Part shown: piece by piece, positions 9,523-18,514 of the stretch
How positions within the stretch are numbered: the stretch's first letter is position 1
How the letters are laid out: each line of letters starts with the position of its first letter
NCBI GenBank assembly: GCA_002412715.1
Contig: DHVP01000004.1
Coordinates: 8,707-72,706, forward strand
Length of the DNA stretch: 64,000 nucleotides
Direction of reading: 5' to 3'
DNA from: Deltaproteobacteria bacterium UBA5205
Lineage (GTDB): Bacteria; Desulfobacterota; Syntrophorhabdia; Syntrophorhabdales; Syntrophorhabdaceae
The notes under the pieces: model-generated
What the model saw: the letters and a program-made list of their open reading frames with translations, nothing else
Told to the model about the DNA's origin: nothing
Databases searched by the model: none
Program-made: the position numbers and the translations under genes

Positions 9523-10041
9523 CTAGAGGTCGTCTTCATCCGGGAAACCTATCCCTTCCAGCTTCGTCACGTGCTGGTCGGCGGGGATCTCTGAAAGGAA
9601 GCCGCAGAGGGGTTTCTTGAGGACAGGGTGGATGAGGTCAGGGTCGATCTCGATGCAGGGGACGATGGCGAACCTTCTGCGGTGGAGTTCCTTGTGGGGA
9701 ACCGTGAGGGGTTCTTCCTCGATGACGCCGTCGCCATACATGAGTATGTCGAGATCGATGATGCGCGGTCCGTTCACCTCTTCTCTGATCCTGCCCATTG
9801 AGGATTCAATGTCGCCCAGGAACCTGAGAAGTTCCAGGGGTGTACCTTGCCAGTCGATTTCAACGGCGCAGTTGATGAAATCATCCTGCTTTATATCTGA
9901 GACGGGTGATGTCGAGTAGAATGAGGATATCGATTTGAGGCCTGCCCTGCTGTCGCTGGAGATCCGCTTAATGGCAGTCATGCAGTTTTTGTAGCTGTGG
10001 CCGATATTCGACCCTATCCCGATGAAGATCTTCTTGTCCAC
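9523..10041 (-). CDS. folK: 2-amino-4-hydroxy-6-hydroxymethyldihydropteridine pyrophosphokinase
   Basis: 172 aa. IFIGIGSNIG N-terminus, RIIDLDILMYG and HPRMHERRF-like HKELHRRRFAIVP. Confidence 0.85.
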   Translation of the reverse strand: MDKKIFIGIGSNIGHSYKNCMTAIKRISSDSRAGLKSISSFYSTSPVSDIKQDDFINCAVEIDWQGTPLELLRFLGDIESSMGRIREEVNGPRIIDLDILMYGDGVIEEEPLTVPHKELHRRRFAIVPCIEIDPDLIHPVLKKPLCGFLSEIPADQHVTKLEGIGFPDEDDL

Positions 10042-10089
10042 GCCGGTACCTCCATACCCCCGCCGGTGATCCCAACGTGTGGCGTTTTA

Positions 10090-10242
10090 TTAACTCTTGC
10101 CGTCGGTTTCCTTGACTTCTTTTTTGAAATCCCTGATGCCTTTGCCTACCGACCCCATGATGGCCGGAAGCTTGCCCGCACCGAAGATAAGGACCACGAT
10201 AACAAGAATTATGATTATTTCTGGAACTCCTAGACCAAACAT
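10090..10242 (-). CDS. tatA: Twin-arginine translocase subunit TatA/E
   Basis: 50-aa product MFGLGVPEIIIILVIVVLIFGAGKLP followed by an amphipathic helix. The ORF track extends to 10407, but the internal ATG gives the canonical TatA. Confidence 0.85.
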   Translation of the reverse strand: MFGLGVPEIIIILVIVVLIFGAGKLPAIMGSVGKGIRDFKKEVKETDGKS

Positions 10243-10345
10243 TCCTAATGATATCACCGGCAAAGGAAACGAGTCAACGTTTTTCGGCGGGCATACATTT
10301 TGAAAATCCTTGATTATCCTCTTGTCGTCAGTATAAATACTAGCG

Positions 10346-10717
10346 GTGTCCGAAATGAACGACAGCGAACTTCTGAAAGACCTGAACATGATGCCTGTTA
10401 ACGTCATGGCCCTGAGGCTCCTCGAGGAGTCGGGGGATCATGCCGTCGATGGCAGCCTTCATTGCGTACGGGCGGCGATGTACGCCATCGAGAGCAATCA
10501 GGTCACTGTCGAGACGGATGTGGCCGAGACCGTAGCTGCAATGATGTCCTGGAGGCCCCAGCGGCTGGTTAATTTTCTCATGCTCATGAACGGTGAGGAA
10601 TATGATCCTCCGGGCTGGGAAAATGCCAGAGACCTGAAAGAATTCGCGCAGGTCGTTCTCGATGACATCGAAAACAAGATCATCACTCACTTTCCCTACT
10701 ACCGCAGTCCGGAATAG
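10346..10717 (+). CDS. Hypothetical acidic protein
   Basis: 123-aa ORF with natural-looking composition. I recognise no motif. An equally long antisense ORF (10340-10747) looks less protein-like. Confidence 0.4.
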   Translation: MSEMNDSELLKDLNMMPVNVMALRLLEESGDHAVDGSLHCVRAAMYAIESNQVTVETDVAETVAAMMSWRPQRLVNFLMLMNGEEYDPPGWENARDLKEFAQVVLDDIENKIITHFPYYRSPE

Positions 10718-10767
10718 AAGACGAAGAAACACGAAACTTTCAACCATTTCCCCCCCCTTTTCTCGGG

Positions 10768-10796
10768 TTGACTCTCCCGTCGATTTGGTTTAAAAC
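10768..10796 (+). promoter_or_regulatory. Candidate promoter for def-fmt (possibly leaderless)
   Basis: TTGACT (10768-10773), a 17-nt spacer, then TAAAAC (10791-10796). The def ATG is at 10802 with no Shine-Dalgarno upstream. Confidence 0.3.
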
Positions 10797-10801
10797 TTTA
10801 C

Positions 10802-11302
10802 ATGTCGACAATTGATATTCGTGTCATTCCCGACCCGGTGCTGAGGACGCAGTCAAAGCCGATTGAGAACATAACAGGCGAGCTTGTAAAGCTTACCGAT
10901 GACATGGTGGAAACCATGATCCTTGCTCATGGGGCGGGTCTTGCTGCTCCCCAGATCGGTTTTCCAATCCGGCTTATCGTCATAGACACGACGCTGAATC
11001 CCACGGAAAAAGAGCCCCTTATCCTTATCAATCCGCTCATTGTCGAGGCGCAACTCGAGGAGAACGGAGAGGAAGGGTGCCTGAGTGTTCCCGGTTACTA
11101 TGAGTATGTCAAAAGGGCAAAAAAGGTACTCGCGAGGGGTACCGGTCTCAAGGGCAAAACCATTGAGCTGGAATGCGAAGGCCAGCTGGCGCGGGCTCTC
11201 CAGCACGAGATCGATCACCTCAATGGAGTGCTTTTCATCGATCTGTTAAGTCCAATCAAAAAGAGCCTTTTCAAGAAGAAGTATTCCAGGAAAAATACAT
11301 GA
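10802..11302 (+). CDS. def: Peptide deformylase
   Basis: The three deformylase motifs are present: GLAAPQIG, EGCLSVPG and HEIDHLNG. Confidence 0.95.
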   Translation: MSTIDIRVIPDPVLRTQSKPIENITGELVKLTDDMVETMILAHGAGLAAPQIGFPIRLIVIDTTLNPTEKEPLILINPLIVEAQLEENGEEGCLSVPGYYEYVKRAKKVLARGTGLKGKTIELECEGQLARALQHEIDHLNGVLFIDLLSPIKKSLFKKKYSRKNT

Positions 11303-12225
11303 GGACGGTTTTTTTTGGGTCCTCGGGTTTTTCAGTTCCCGCCCTTCTGAAGATCAAAGATTCTGTTGTGGCCGTGGTGACCAAAAAAGCAAGACCTAAA
11401 GGCAGGGGTTACCAGACCGACGACAACGAGGTCAAGAGGGCGGCAGTACAGCTTGATTTGCCGCTTATCGAAATAGATTCTTTCAAAGATGACGAGGCGA
11501 AATCGATAGCCGATCATCGCCCCGATCTTTTTGTGGTAGTCTCCTTCGGGCTTATCGTCCCGAAATGGGCTCTCGATGTTCCGTCGATGGGACCGATCAA
11601 TATTCACCCGTCGCTCCTGCCTCTTTATCGGGGTCCGTCCCCGATGCAGTGGGCGTTGTTGAGTGGCGATAAGACAACCGGGATCACCTTCATCAGGATG
11701 AATGAGAAGATGGACGAAGGTGACATCATCTACCAGGAGCCGATCACCATAGAGAAGGATGACGATTACATCACGCTCTCGAAGAGGCTTTCCGAAAAGG
11801 CAGCAGACCGTCTTCCCGAAATAATCGATCGTATCGTTCGGAAAGGGGGCATGATAGAGAGGACCGTGCAGGATCATGCCATTGCCACCTATGCCCCGAT
11901 GATCACCAAGGAAATGGGCAAAATGGACTGGCAGCAAAGTGCCGCCCGGTTGGACTGTCAGGTGAAGGCGTTCGTGACCTGGCCTACGGCTTTCACGTAT
12001 CTTGATGGAAAGCTCTTGAAAGTGTTCTGTTCCTCGGTGGACGAGAGCGTTGAGGCGAAGGCCCCTGTCGGCACTATCGCGGGAGTCACCAAGGCAGGCC
12101 TTGAAGTAAGCACTGGCAAGGGTTTGCTCATCATCAGGGAGTTGCAGCTCGAAAATAAGAAACGCATGAATGCATACGATTTCTCCAGAGGATACCGTGA
12201 GTTACAAGACAAGTCATTGAATTAG
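11299..12225 (+). CDS. fmt: Methionyl-tRNA formyltransferase
   Basis: MRTVFFGSSGFSVP N-terminus and HPSLLPLYRGPSP motif. An ATGA overlap joins the def stop to the fmt start. The ORF track start at 11173 is an upstream extension. Confidence 0.95.
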   Translation: MRTVFFGSSGFSVPALLKIKDSVVAVVTKKARPKGRGYQTDDNEVKRAAVQLDLPLIEIDSFKDDEAKSIADHRPDLFVVVSFGLIVPKWALDVPSMGPINIHPSLLPLYRGPSPMQWALLSGDKTTGITFIRMNEKMDEGDIIYQEPITIEKDDDYITLSKRLSEKAADRLPEIIDRIVRKGGMIERTVQDHAIATYAPMITKEMGKMDWQQSAARLDCQVKAFVTWPTAFTYLDGKLLKVFCSSVDESVEAKAPVGTIAGVTKAGLEVSTGKGLLIIRELQLENKKRMNAYDFSRGYRELQDKSLN

Positions 12226-12248
12226 CTTTAAAAATAGCCATTTTTTTG

Positions 12249-12278
12249 TTGACAGAAAAGGCTTATAGCACATATCAT
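12249..12278 (+). promoter_or_regulatory. Candidate sigma70-type promoter for mltD
   Basis: TTGACA (12249-12254), an 18-nt spacer, then TATCAT (12273-12278), about 45 nt upstream of the ATG at 12325. Confidence 0.35.
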
Positions 12279-12324
12279 CAAGTAAGAACCACAGACAGAA
12301 TGCAGTACGGTAAATAAGGGGATC

Positions 12325-14112
12325 ATGAAAAAATATCTCGTGTTGACGGTTTTCGTTTTTCTTCTCGCTGGATGCGCAACATCCAATCATGTCGCCGTGC
12401 AGAATGTCAACGAACCTGCTGTGGCGGTCGCCCCTGAACAGCCCGCAGCGACCGGGTTCGGGTCGCCCGCTCTTTCAGAAACCGCCAGGAGTCCGGTTGC
12501 GAAGTCCCTGAAAACAAAAGCTATCGTCGCACAGACCCGGCAGAAGCAGGCAAAACAACTCCCATACGCGCTCGAAATGCAGGTCAAAGACGATGACGAT
12601 ATAACGAACCTGCTGACTCATGATTACAATAAGAATTTCGACATCCCCATCGTATTCAATGACGCCGTCAAGTATTATATAAAGTGGTTCTCGGAGGACA
12701 AGAAGAAGGTCTTCGCAGGTTGGCTGAAACGGTCCCGGCTTTACGTCCCTATTATTACCGAGATCCTCCGCGAAAAAGACATGCCGGAAGACCTTGTCTA
12801 TCTTGCCATGATCGAAAGCGGTTTCAACCCGAAGGCGTATTCCAGCGCAAAGGCATCAGGTCCATGGCAGTTTATCTATTCGACGGGCGGGCAATACGGT
12901 CTGGAAGTCGATTACTGGGTGGACGAAAGACGGGATCCCGAGAAATCGACGGTCGCCGCGGCCAAGTATCTCAAGAATCTGTTCGACCAGTTCGGGTGCT
13001 GGTACCTTGCCGCCGCAAGCTATAACGCCGGCGAGGGAAGAATAGGACGGCTGATTCAGAAGCATCAGACGAACGACTTTTGGGAATTATACAGATACAA
13101 TACGCTTCCCCGGGAAACGCGGGAATATATCCCTCAGCTTATAGCGGCTGCGATCATAGCGAAGGATCCGGCAAAATTCGGTTTCGGCAGTATTACCTAC
13201 GATCCCCCGATCAGGTTTGCCGAGGTGAGCGTACCCGCAGCCACACCGATCACGGCCATTGCGAAAGCGTCTTCAGTCGATATCGATCTTGTCCGAACCT
13301 ATAATCCCGAGCTCCTCAGGGGTATCACACCGCCGGGAACGAACGGCTATACAGTGAAACTGCCGTCCGGTGTTGACAAGGAGGCCTTTTACGGACGCCT
13401 TGAAACGGAACTTGAGGGAATTTCGACGATAAGAAGCGTTACCACGTACAAGGTAAGAAAGAAAGACAGCATGGCAGGGATCCTAAAGAAATACAATGTC
13501 AGGCAACAGGACCTGGTCCTGGTAAACTCCAGCGATAGCGAGCTCAGGATAAAGTCGGGAATGGTTATCGCCATACCAAAATTCTCCGGAGAGCCCGCGA
13601 GCCCTACCGTGCTTGCCAAAGGTGTTACGCAGGACCCTCCCGGCCCGAGCAAGACAAAAACTGCGGGGAAAGTGAAAGACGACGACGCCAGGCCGGCGAA
13701 ACCCGCGCCCATGAGAATCGCTAAAGCCGATAGGGCGGACCGCTCGGTCAGAGAAGCGCCTGTGCGCCCCGTCAAGGCCTTCCACGTTGTAAAAAAGGGT
13801 GAAACCCTTTCGGAGATCTGCGACCGCTACGGTATCGATGAGGACAGTCTGCGCTCGGCAAACAAGATCAGGGGCAACAGGGTCTATCCCAATATGAAGA
13901 TCCGCCTCGTGAGCCACGTTGAGCCAAAGAAGGCGGCTGTCGCGCCTGTGAGGACGAAAAAGGTCCGGTACCATACGGTAAAGAAAGGCGAAACGCTCAC
14001 TTCCATATCGGAAAAATATGGCGTTGATGTAGACGACCTGAAAACCGCCAACAGACTCAAAGGCAACAAGATCAACAAAAGCGCCAGATTGAAGATAGTG
14101 AAAGAAGGGTAG
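12325..14112 (+). CDS. mltD: Membrane-bound lytic murein transglycosylase D-like lipoprotein with three LysM domains
   Basis: Lipobox LLAGCAT and SLT catalytic region MIESGFNPKAYSSAKASGPWQF. Three LysM units begin YKVRKKDSMAGILKKY, HVVKKGETLSEICDRY and HTVKKGETLTSISEKY. Confidence 0.85.
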   Translation: MKKYLVLTVFVFLLAGCATSNHVAVQNVNEPAVAVAPEQPAATGFGSPALSETARSPVAKSLKTKAIVAQTRQKQAKQLPYALEMQVKDDDDITNLLTHDYNKNFDIPIVFNDAVKYYIKWFSEDKKKVFAGWLKRSRLYVPIITEILREKDMPEDLVYLAMIESGFNPKAYSSAKASGPWQFIYSTGGQYGLEVDYWVDERRDPEKSTVAAAKYLKNLFDQFGCWYLAAASYNAGEGRIGRLIQKHQTNDFWELYRYNTLPRETREYIPQLIAAAIIAKDPAKFGFGSITYDPPIRFAEVSVPAATPITAIAKASSVDIDLVRTYNPELLRGITPPGTNGYTVKLPSGVDKEAFYGRLETELEGISTIRSVTTYKVRKKDSMAGILKKYNVRQQDLVLVNSSDSELRIKSGMVIAIPKFSGEPASPTVLAKGVTQDPPGPSKTKTAGKVKDDDARPAKPAPMRIAKADRADRSVREAPVRPVKAFHVVKKGETLSEICDRYGIDEDSLRSANKIRGNRVYPNMKIRLVSHVEPKKAAVAPVRTKKVRYHTVKKGETLTSISEKYGVDVDDLKTANRLKGNKINKSARLKIVKEG

Positions 14113-14133
14113 AGAGAAGAAAAGAACCGTCTC

Positions 14134-14586
14134 TCAGACTTTCAGCACCAGGTTGATCATATCGCCGCGTGAAAAACCCATGGCGTGGAAGAACTGAAGA
14201 AGATCCCAATCGTTCCAGTTAACAAGAGTATATATAGTATCGACACTGTATTTCTGCAGGCTGTCGATAAGGCCTACTGCGAGAACTTTCGCAATACCCC
14301 TGTTCTGGTAATCCGGGTCGATGCCGATTGTGTCGATCCAGCCTATATTGTTGGGAACTTTGAACTCCCAACCACTGACCTCGCCAAGAATAAAGCCGGC
14401 CACCTTTCCATCAATTTCCGCTACCAGTGAGGCATCGGGGGGTCTATTCTCGGCCTGGTTTATAATTTTTGTGACCCAGTAATCTTTTCTGCTTTCGCCT
14501 AGAACCTTGGTATCGATTTCTACTATGGAGTCCAGATCACCCTTTGTCATCTGTCTCACGGATAGTTTGTCAAGAAAATTACTCAT
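14134..14586 (-). CDS. GNAT family N-acetyltransferase
   Basis: Acetyl-CoA binding motif IGIDPDYQNRGIAKVL. Start chosen at MSNFLDKLSVRQM; the ORF track extends to 14676. Confidence 0.75.
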   Translation of the reverse strand: MSNFLDKLSVRQMTKGDLDSIVEIDTKVLGESRKDYWVTKIINQAENRPPDASLVAEIDGKVAGFILGEVSGWEFKVPNNIGWIDTIGIDPDYQNRGIAKVLAVGLIDSLQKYSVDTIYTLVNWNDWDLLQFFHAMGFSRGDMINLVLKV

Positions 14587-14715
14587 TGTGGTTTTAACCT
14601 CGCTTGTACATTTTTTAACATAGTGCTGATATGGATTGCAAGAGAAAGATTGATCTTTAAGACATGAAACAGGCAATGTTATCGGAATGTTAGGAAGGAG
14701 AGTCTATTTTGTGGG

Positions 14716-15036
14716 TCAAAATGTCAGTCTTTCGACGGAAACGGCCTTGCCATGGGGAGGACCGGGTCTATGCGTCTTTGCTCTGTTTCTCTTCATTGCG
14801 GCTTTGCACTGCGGGCACAGAACCCCCGGACACTTCTCATCGACGGTGAATATTTCGCCGCACTGGTAGCACATCTCCTGGTTCCCGCTTCGCGTGGGGT
14901 AGTCGGGATAGATGCGATGGAGACATGTGGGCTTCGAACACACAAAGACTTTCACCGTGTTGCAGGCATCAAAATCGGGGTACATTTCCGAGCCGCAATG
15001 GGGGCAAGGGCTGGTGGGTGCTATTCTGTCGGTCAT
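14716..15036 (-). CDS. Cys-rich zinc-ribbon protein, function unknown
   Basis: 106 aa with paired CxxC motifs (CPHCGSE, CYQCGE, CPQC) and extra Cys pairs. I recognise no family. Confidence 0.5.
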   Translation of the reverse strand: MTDRIAPTSPCPHCGSEMYPDFDACNTVKVFVCSKPTCLHRIYPDYPTRSGNQEMCYQCGEIFTVDEKCPGVLCPQCKAAMKRNRAKTHRPGPPHGKAVSVERLTF

Positions 15037-15162
15037 GGGTTACCTCCCGTGTTTCTAAGAGGATTATCGGCAGGAGACATGGATATGTTAGTGGAAAAAT
15101 GTGAAAAAATGCATGCCCTGGGTAAAGGGACCAAATCGAATGTTTTGAAGTTGGTGTGAAGA

Positions 15163-16416
15163 CTACACGGGACGAGTTCTTCTTTTTGCTATCTCTGCAA
15201 AAAGACTGTGGAGCATGGGGGTTTTTTCGAAGTCTTCCGTTGTGATCCTGCGAACCGCAATGTCCGTCGTGGCAACGACCGTGGCGCTTCGCTTTCTGTC
15301 CATGGTGAAATAGGCCATTTCTCCAAAGATGTCTCCTTCGGACAGGTCCGCGATCCGGTTTCCTCCGGCATCTTCAACCCGTACTTTGCCCCGGGCGAGA
15401 TAGTAGATGCCGTTCGGTTCATCGCCGACCCTCATGATGACGTCGCCCTCCTTGAACCATTTTATCCTGAAAAGATTCTCCCATTTGGTGTTCTCCACGA
15501 GGGCATAGTAAAACTCCTGATCAAATGCCTTGATCAACTGCTGAGAGAGAAGTAATAGCCTGATGCCTATGGACTGCCCTTGTTTTTCGTCTATCGTCAT
15601 GCCCAGTTTTTCAAAGGTATCGAGAGGATAGGGGTGTTCGTGGATGTATTCGGATATGCGCAAAGTCGCCACATCAAGCTGACCCGTGGCCTTCCTGAAT
15701 GCCATCTCCGCCTGGTGTAATTTGTGTTCTGCAAGCTGGAAATTAGGGGTGATCCCCTTCTGTGCATTACCGATAAAATGTTCGATTGCCTCGTTCTTAA
15801 GCTGGATGAAATTGGCGAGACTGGCTTCATCAACGCCGGAAGGGCATTTATGTATGCCCGGTTTGTAGACGGAATAGACGTGGATTGGATGCTCAAAACC
15901 CTTGGGCGTTACTTTGCCGATGGCTACAATATGCCGTGCCTCTTTGTCCTGGGCGAGCGCCATCTCGCGGTCCATAAGAATGGTAGTGCCAAAATAGGCA
16001 CATAATTCTTCCAGCCTGTTGGCGGCGGCGAAACAACTCCCGAACCTCAGCATCAGCTTTCCGAATTGCGCTTCTATAACCTCTCCGACGTAAATCCCTA
16101 TCCTGGTGAAGGGGATCGTTCCCGCTTCAATCGCCCGCACAATTTCGATGGCTGCCTTGAGGGCCCGCCTGCATTTTTGTTCCCTGTCTTCCCCGTCCTT
16201 TTGCTTGAAGATGACAATCGATGCATCTCCGGCGCAAGGTTCGAAGTCGTCGGCGGCATGGTCCCCATCCATAACGATACTCTGCATCAATCCATGGTAA
16301 CCGATCATGAAATCCCGGATCTCTTCAGCGGTCATATTGGCTGTGATCCTGGAATATTGATGGATATCGGTTATAAGAACGGCGGCTTCGTTTCGAGGAT
16401 CGTTCGTTTTTGTCAT
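15163..16416 (-). CDS. Class III adenylate/guanylate cyclase domain fused to a C-terminal cyclic-nucleotide-binding (CAP-like) domain
   Basis: N-terminal cyclase-like AVLITDIHQYS..AGDASIVIF..RIGIYVGEV..AANRLEE. C-terminal cNMP-binding signature GDIFGEMAYF..RSATVVA. Confidence 0.75.
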   Translation of the reverse strand: MTKTNDPRNEAAVLITDIHQYSRITANMTAEEIRDFMIGYHGLMQSIVMDGDHAADDFEPCAGDASIVIFKQKDGEDREQKCRRALKAAIEIVRAIEAGTIPFTRIGIYVGEVIEAQFGKLMLRFGSCFAAANRLEELCAYFGTTILMDREMALAQDKEARHIVAIGKVTPKGFEHPIHVYSVYKPGIHKCPSGVDEASLANFIQLKNEAIEHFIGNAQKGITPNFQLAEHKLHQAEMAFRKATGQLDVATLRISEYIHEHPYPLDTFEKLGMTIDEKQGQSIGIRLLLLSQQLIKAFDQEFYYALVENTKWENLFRIKWFKEGDVIMRVGDEPNGIYYLARGKVRVEDAGGNRIADLSEGDIFGEMAYFTMDRKRSATVVATTDIAVRRITTEDFEKTPMLHSLFAEIAKRRTRPV

Positions 16417-16488
16417 GGTTTATCTTGCATGACCATTATACGCAAGAAGCCGACGACGAGTCAAGAAAGGTCGAGAAAACACAAAAAA

Positions 16489-16526
16489 ATAGGTCCTATA
16501 AGTCGTATAAGACCTATAGGACCTAT
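16489..16526. repeat. Palindromic intergenic repeat, copy 2 (12-bp perfect stem ATAGGTCCTATA-N14-TATAGGACCTAT)
   Basis: Shares a near-identical 30-mer with 9423-9452. Lies between the cyclase gene start and the end of the TPR lipoprotein gene. Confidence 0.7.
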
Positions 16527-16595
16527 TGAAAAACATCCAAAGCGCAGGCGCGGGTTTCCCGACCGTGTTTAAAGCCGAAGCGTCCGCGTTACCCC

Positions 16596-17231
16596 TTAAT
16601 TTGTAATAAACACCTTGTGTTTTTCCAGGATCTGTTTGAACTCTTTGCTCTTCCTGAGGTTGTTGATATCCGGGTCCTTTCTCAGGCTGTCGTAGTCGTT
16701 GAAACCCTTGGAAAGGGCCGCGTCGAGTTCGTCCAGACCGTAATCGGTGTTCCCCATAAGTGAATGAACGGAGGCGAGGTTGTACCGGATTGTCGCGCTG
16801 TCAGGTTTCAATTCCTTGGCTTTCTTGAGGTCGTCAAGTGCCTTGTTGTTCTTCTTCTGAAGCATGTAGGCCACTGCCCTGTTCGAATAGGCTTCGGCGT
16901 AGTTCGGGTCTTTGTTGATAGCGTTGGAGAATTCCGCGATAGCGTTGTCCAGGTTTTCGTTGAAGACGGACTTGGACGTGGCATTTTTCGCGATACTCAC
17001 ATAGCTCATACCCTGTTTCAGATGGGCCTTGACCTCCTGGCCCGGTCCCGATTCAGGTTTTTTGGCTTCGGGTCCGGCGGCTTCAGGTTTTTGCTCCTGT
17101 GCCTGCGGCGCGGGCTGCTGAGGCTCGGCCTTTGGCTGCGGTTTTGACCAGGGTAGCTTGTCGCATCCCATTCCCATAAGTCCCAGGGAAACCAGGACAG
17201 TTATGCTGACAACTGCAATCCATTTCCTCAT
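16596..17231 (-). CDS. TPR-repeat lipoprotein (last gene of the caspase operon)
   Basis: Lipobox LMGMGCDK, a Pro/Gln/Glu-rich linker, then TPR units (AEAYSNRAVAYMLQKKNNKALDDLKKAKELKPD). Confidence 0.75.
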   Translation of the reverse strand: MRKWIAVVSITVLVSLGLMGMGCDKLPWSKPQPKAEPQQPAPQAQEQKPEAAGPEAKKPESGPGQEVKAHLKQGMSYVSIAKNATSKSVFNENLDNAIAEFSNAINKDPNYAEAYSNRAVAYMLQKKNNKALDDLKKAKELKPDSATIRYNLASVHSLMGNTDYGLDELDAALSKGFNDYDSLRKDPDINNLRKSKEFKQILEKHKVFITN

Positions 17232-17264
17232 CTATCGATCCTCCTCCTTATTTAAATATCAAGG

Positions 17265-18512
17265 TTACTTTTTAATGCGCATGTTCCAGTTGTCGCTTGT
17301 TGCCATTGCCTGCGGCGTCTGACTGATCTCGGCGCCTTTCTCCTGTTTGACCCGTTGAGAGACAAGGGGTTTTGAATAGGTGAAGGCTTCTTTGACGGAA
17401 CCGTTGTACCTCTTCAATCCGTCAACAAAATAGTACGTGAAGACGCTGTTCTTGAGGCTGTCGGATTCCCAGGATTTCTCGCCTGCGCTGCTGGCGGACA
17501 GGAGTACTTTGCCGTAGCCGTCCTGGTTGTCGATACTCTTGCCGGCGCTGGCGGTCTTCTTCGGCGCTTCGTCGAGCACTATGTCTTTTGAGCCGAACAG
17601 TCGTTTCCCCTGGTCCTTTGAAATACCGTATCCCTCGTCCTCATCGGCCCCAAGAGACTTGCCTCCGGGAGGCAAAAAGCCCGGGATGGATCGGTAAGCA
17701 CCATTGCTGTAGCAGGTGTCAAGGATCATGACAAGCCGTTTGGCCCTCAGGCTCTCGACGAAGTCCTTGAGCATGTTTTCGGTCACGGCCGTATGCCAGA
17801 CGCGTTCGCGGGGCTTTACCTCCGTATCATAGGTCACGATATGGACGCCCCCGAACTTGTCGGGTGGCGTACCGTGGCTGCTCATGTAGATGACTACCAG
17901 GTCGTCGGGACCGGCAACGTTCTTGATTGTGTTGAGATATTTCATGATGTTGTCCCGCGTTGCGGTCTGGTCCGTAAGGTAATAGACGTTGCTCCGGGGG
18001 AATGCGGCTCCCTGGGGATTTACGATGAAGCTGTAGAAACTCGACGCATCCCTGACGGTGTATTGCAGCGTCTGAATACCATTTTTGAATTGTCCCACAC
18101 CGACAACAAGGGCGTAGCGGTTCCGTACTGAACCGGGTGCACCCTCAGACCCTGTTTCCTTGAGGACGCGGGCGCGGCTGAAAAGGCTCCCGATCCTCTT
18201 TTCCCATTCCTTTACCTTAATGTTGTCCGGTGTTACCGGTGAAACCCACTTGACCCCGACAACCGTCTGGGCGAGAGAGAAGGCAAGGTCGACCTGCCTG
18301 TCGTCCTCATAGCCCCCTTTCAGTTGAACCCGTCCGTATGAGTCAAGTTCAGCGAATCCATTTGCTATCCTGTTCTGTTTGAAACTGTTATTGATACCGT
18401 TCAGGTGGCCCTGGGTCACCGGTGAATTATCCGCAAAAAGGGAGTATTCTCCGGCCAGAAGAAAGACCAGGAGAAATGCACTTATTAATAATGATACGCG
18501 CGGTTTCATCAT
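17265..18512 (-). CDS. Secreted caspase-like cysteine protease (peptidase C14) with a BON-like N-terminal domain
   Basis: Signal peptide MMKPRVSLLISAFLLVFLLAG. BON-like RVQLKGGYEDDRQVDLAFSLAQTVVGVKWV. Caspase His/Cys pair in VIYMSSHGT and MILDTCYSNG. Confidence 0.8.
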   Translation of the reverse strand: MMKPRVSLLISAFLLVFLLAGEYSLFADNSPVTQGHLNGINNSFKQNRIANGFAELDSYGRVQLKGGYEDDRQVDLAFSLAQTVVGVKWVSPVTPDNIKVKEWEKRIGSLFSRARVLKETGSEGAPGSVRNRYALVVGVGQFKNGIQTLQYTVRDASSFYSFIVNPQGAAFPRSNVYYLTDQTATRDNIMKYLNTIKNVAGPDDLVVIYMSSHGTPPDKFGGVHIVTYDTEVKPRERVWHTAVTENMLKDFVESLRAKRLVMILDTCYSNGAYRSIPGFLPPGGKSLGADEDEGYGISKDQGKRLFGSKDIVLDEAPKKTASAGKSIDNQDGYGKVLLSASSAGEKSWESDSLKNSVFTYYFVDGLKRYNGSVKEAFTYSKPLVSQRVKQEKGAEISQTPQAMATSDNWNMRIKK

Positions 18513-18514
18513 CC

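Noticed and set aside
10340-10747. 135-aa minus-strand ORF overlapping the 123-aa plus-strand hypothetical gene
   Set aside because: Only one of the two can reasonably be real. The minus-strand translation is His/Arg/Phe-rich and looks like a shadow frame. The choice of the plus ORF is itself only moderately confident.
11173-11298. Upstream extensions of several ORF-track entries: fmt from 11173, miaA from 2893, PBP1A to 3113, TatA to 10407, TagA-like from 52442 and WecB from 53340
   Set aside because: The extensions overlap neighbouring genes and add non-homologous residues. Internal starts reproduce the canonical N-termini and often have an RBS or start/stop coupling.
15163-16416. Possible Pycsar-like antiphage cyclase system (class III cyclase plus cNMP-binding domain)
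   Set aside because: In Pycsar the cNMP-binding domain sits on a separate effector with TM or TIR killing modules. Here it is fused to the cyclase itself and no effector domain is present nearby. The neighbours are a GNAT and a zinc-ribbon protein, so a signalling role is more parsimonious.
16066-16572. 168-aa plus-strand ORF running across the cyclase gene start and the palindromic repeat (translating as ..KIGPISRIRPIGPIEK..)
   Set aside because: It is antisense to the cyclase N-terminus, and its 3' part merely translates the intergenic repeat.
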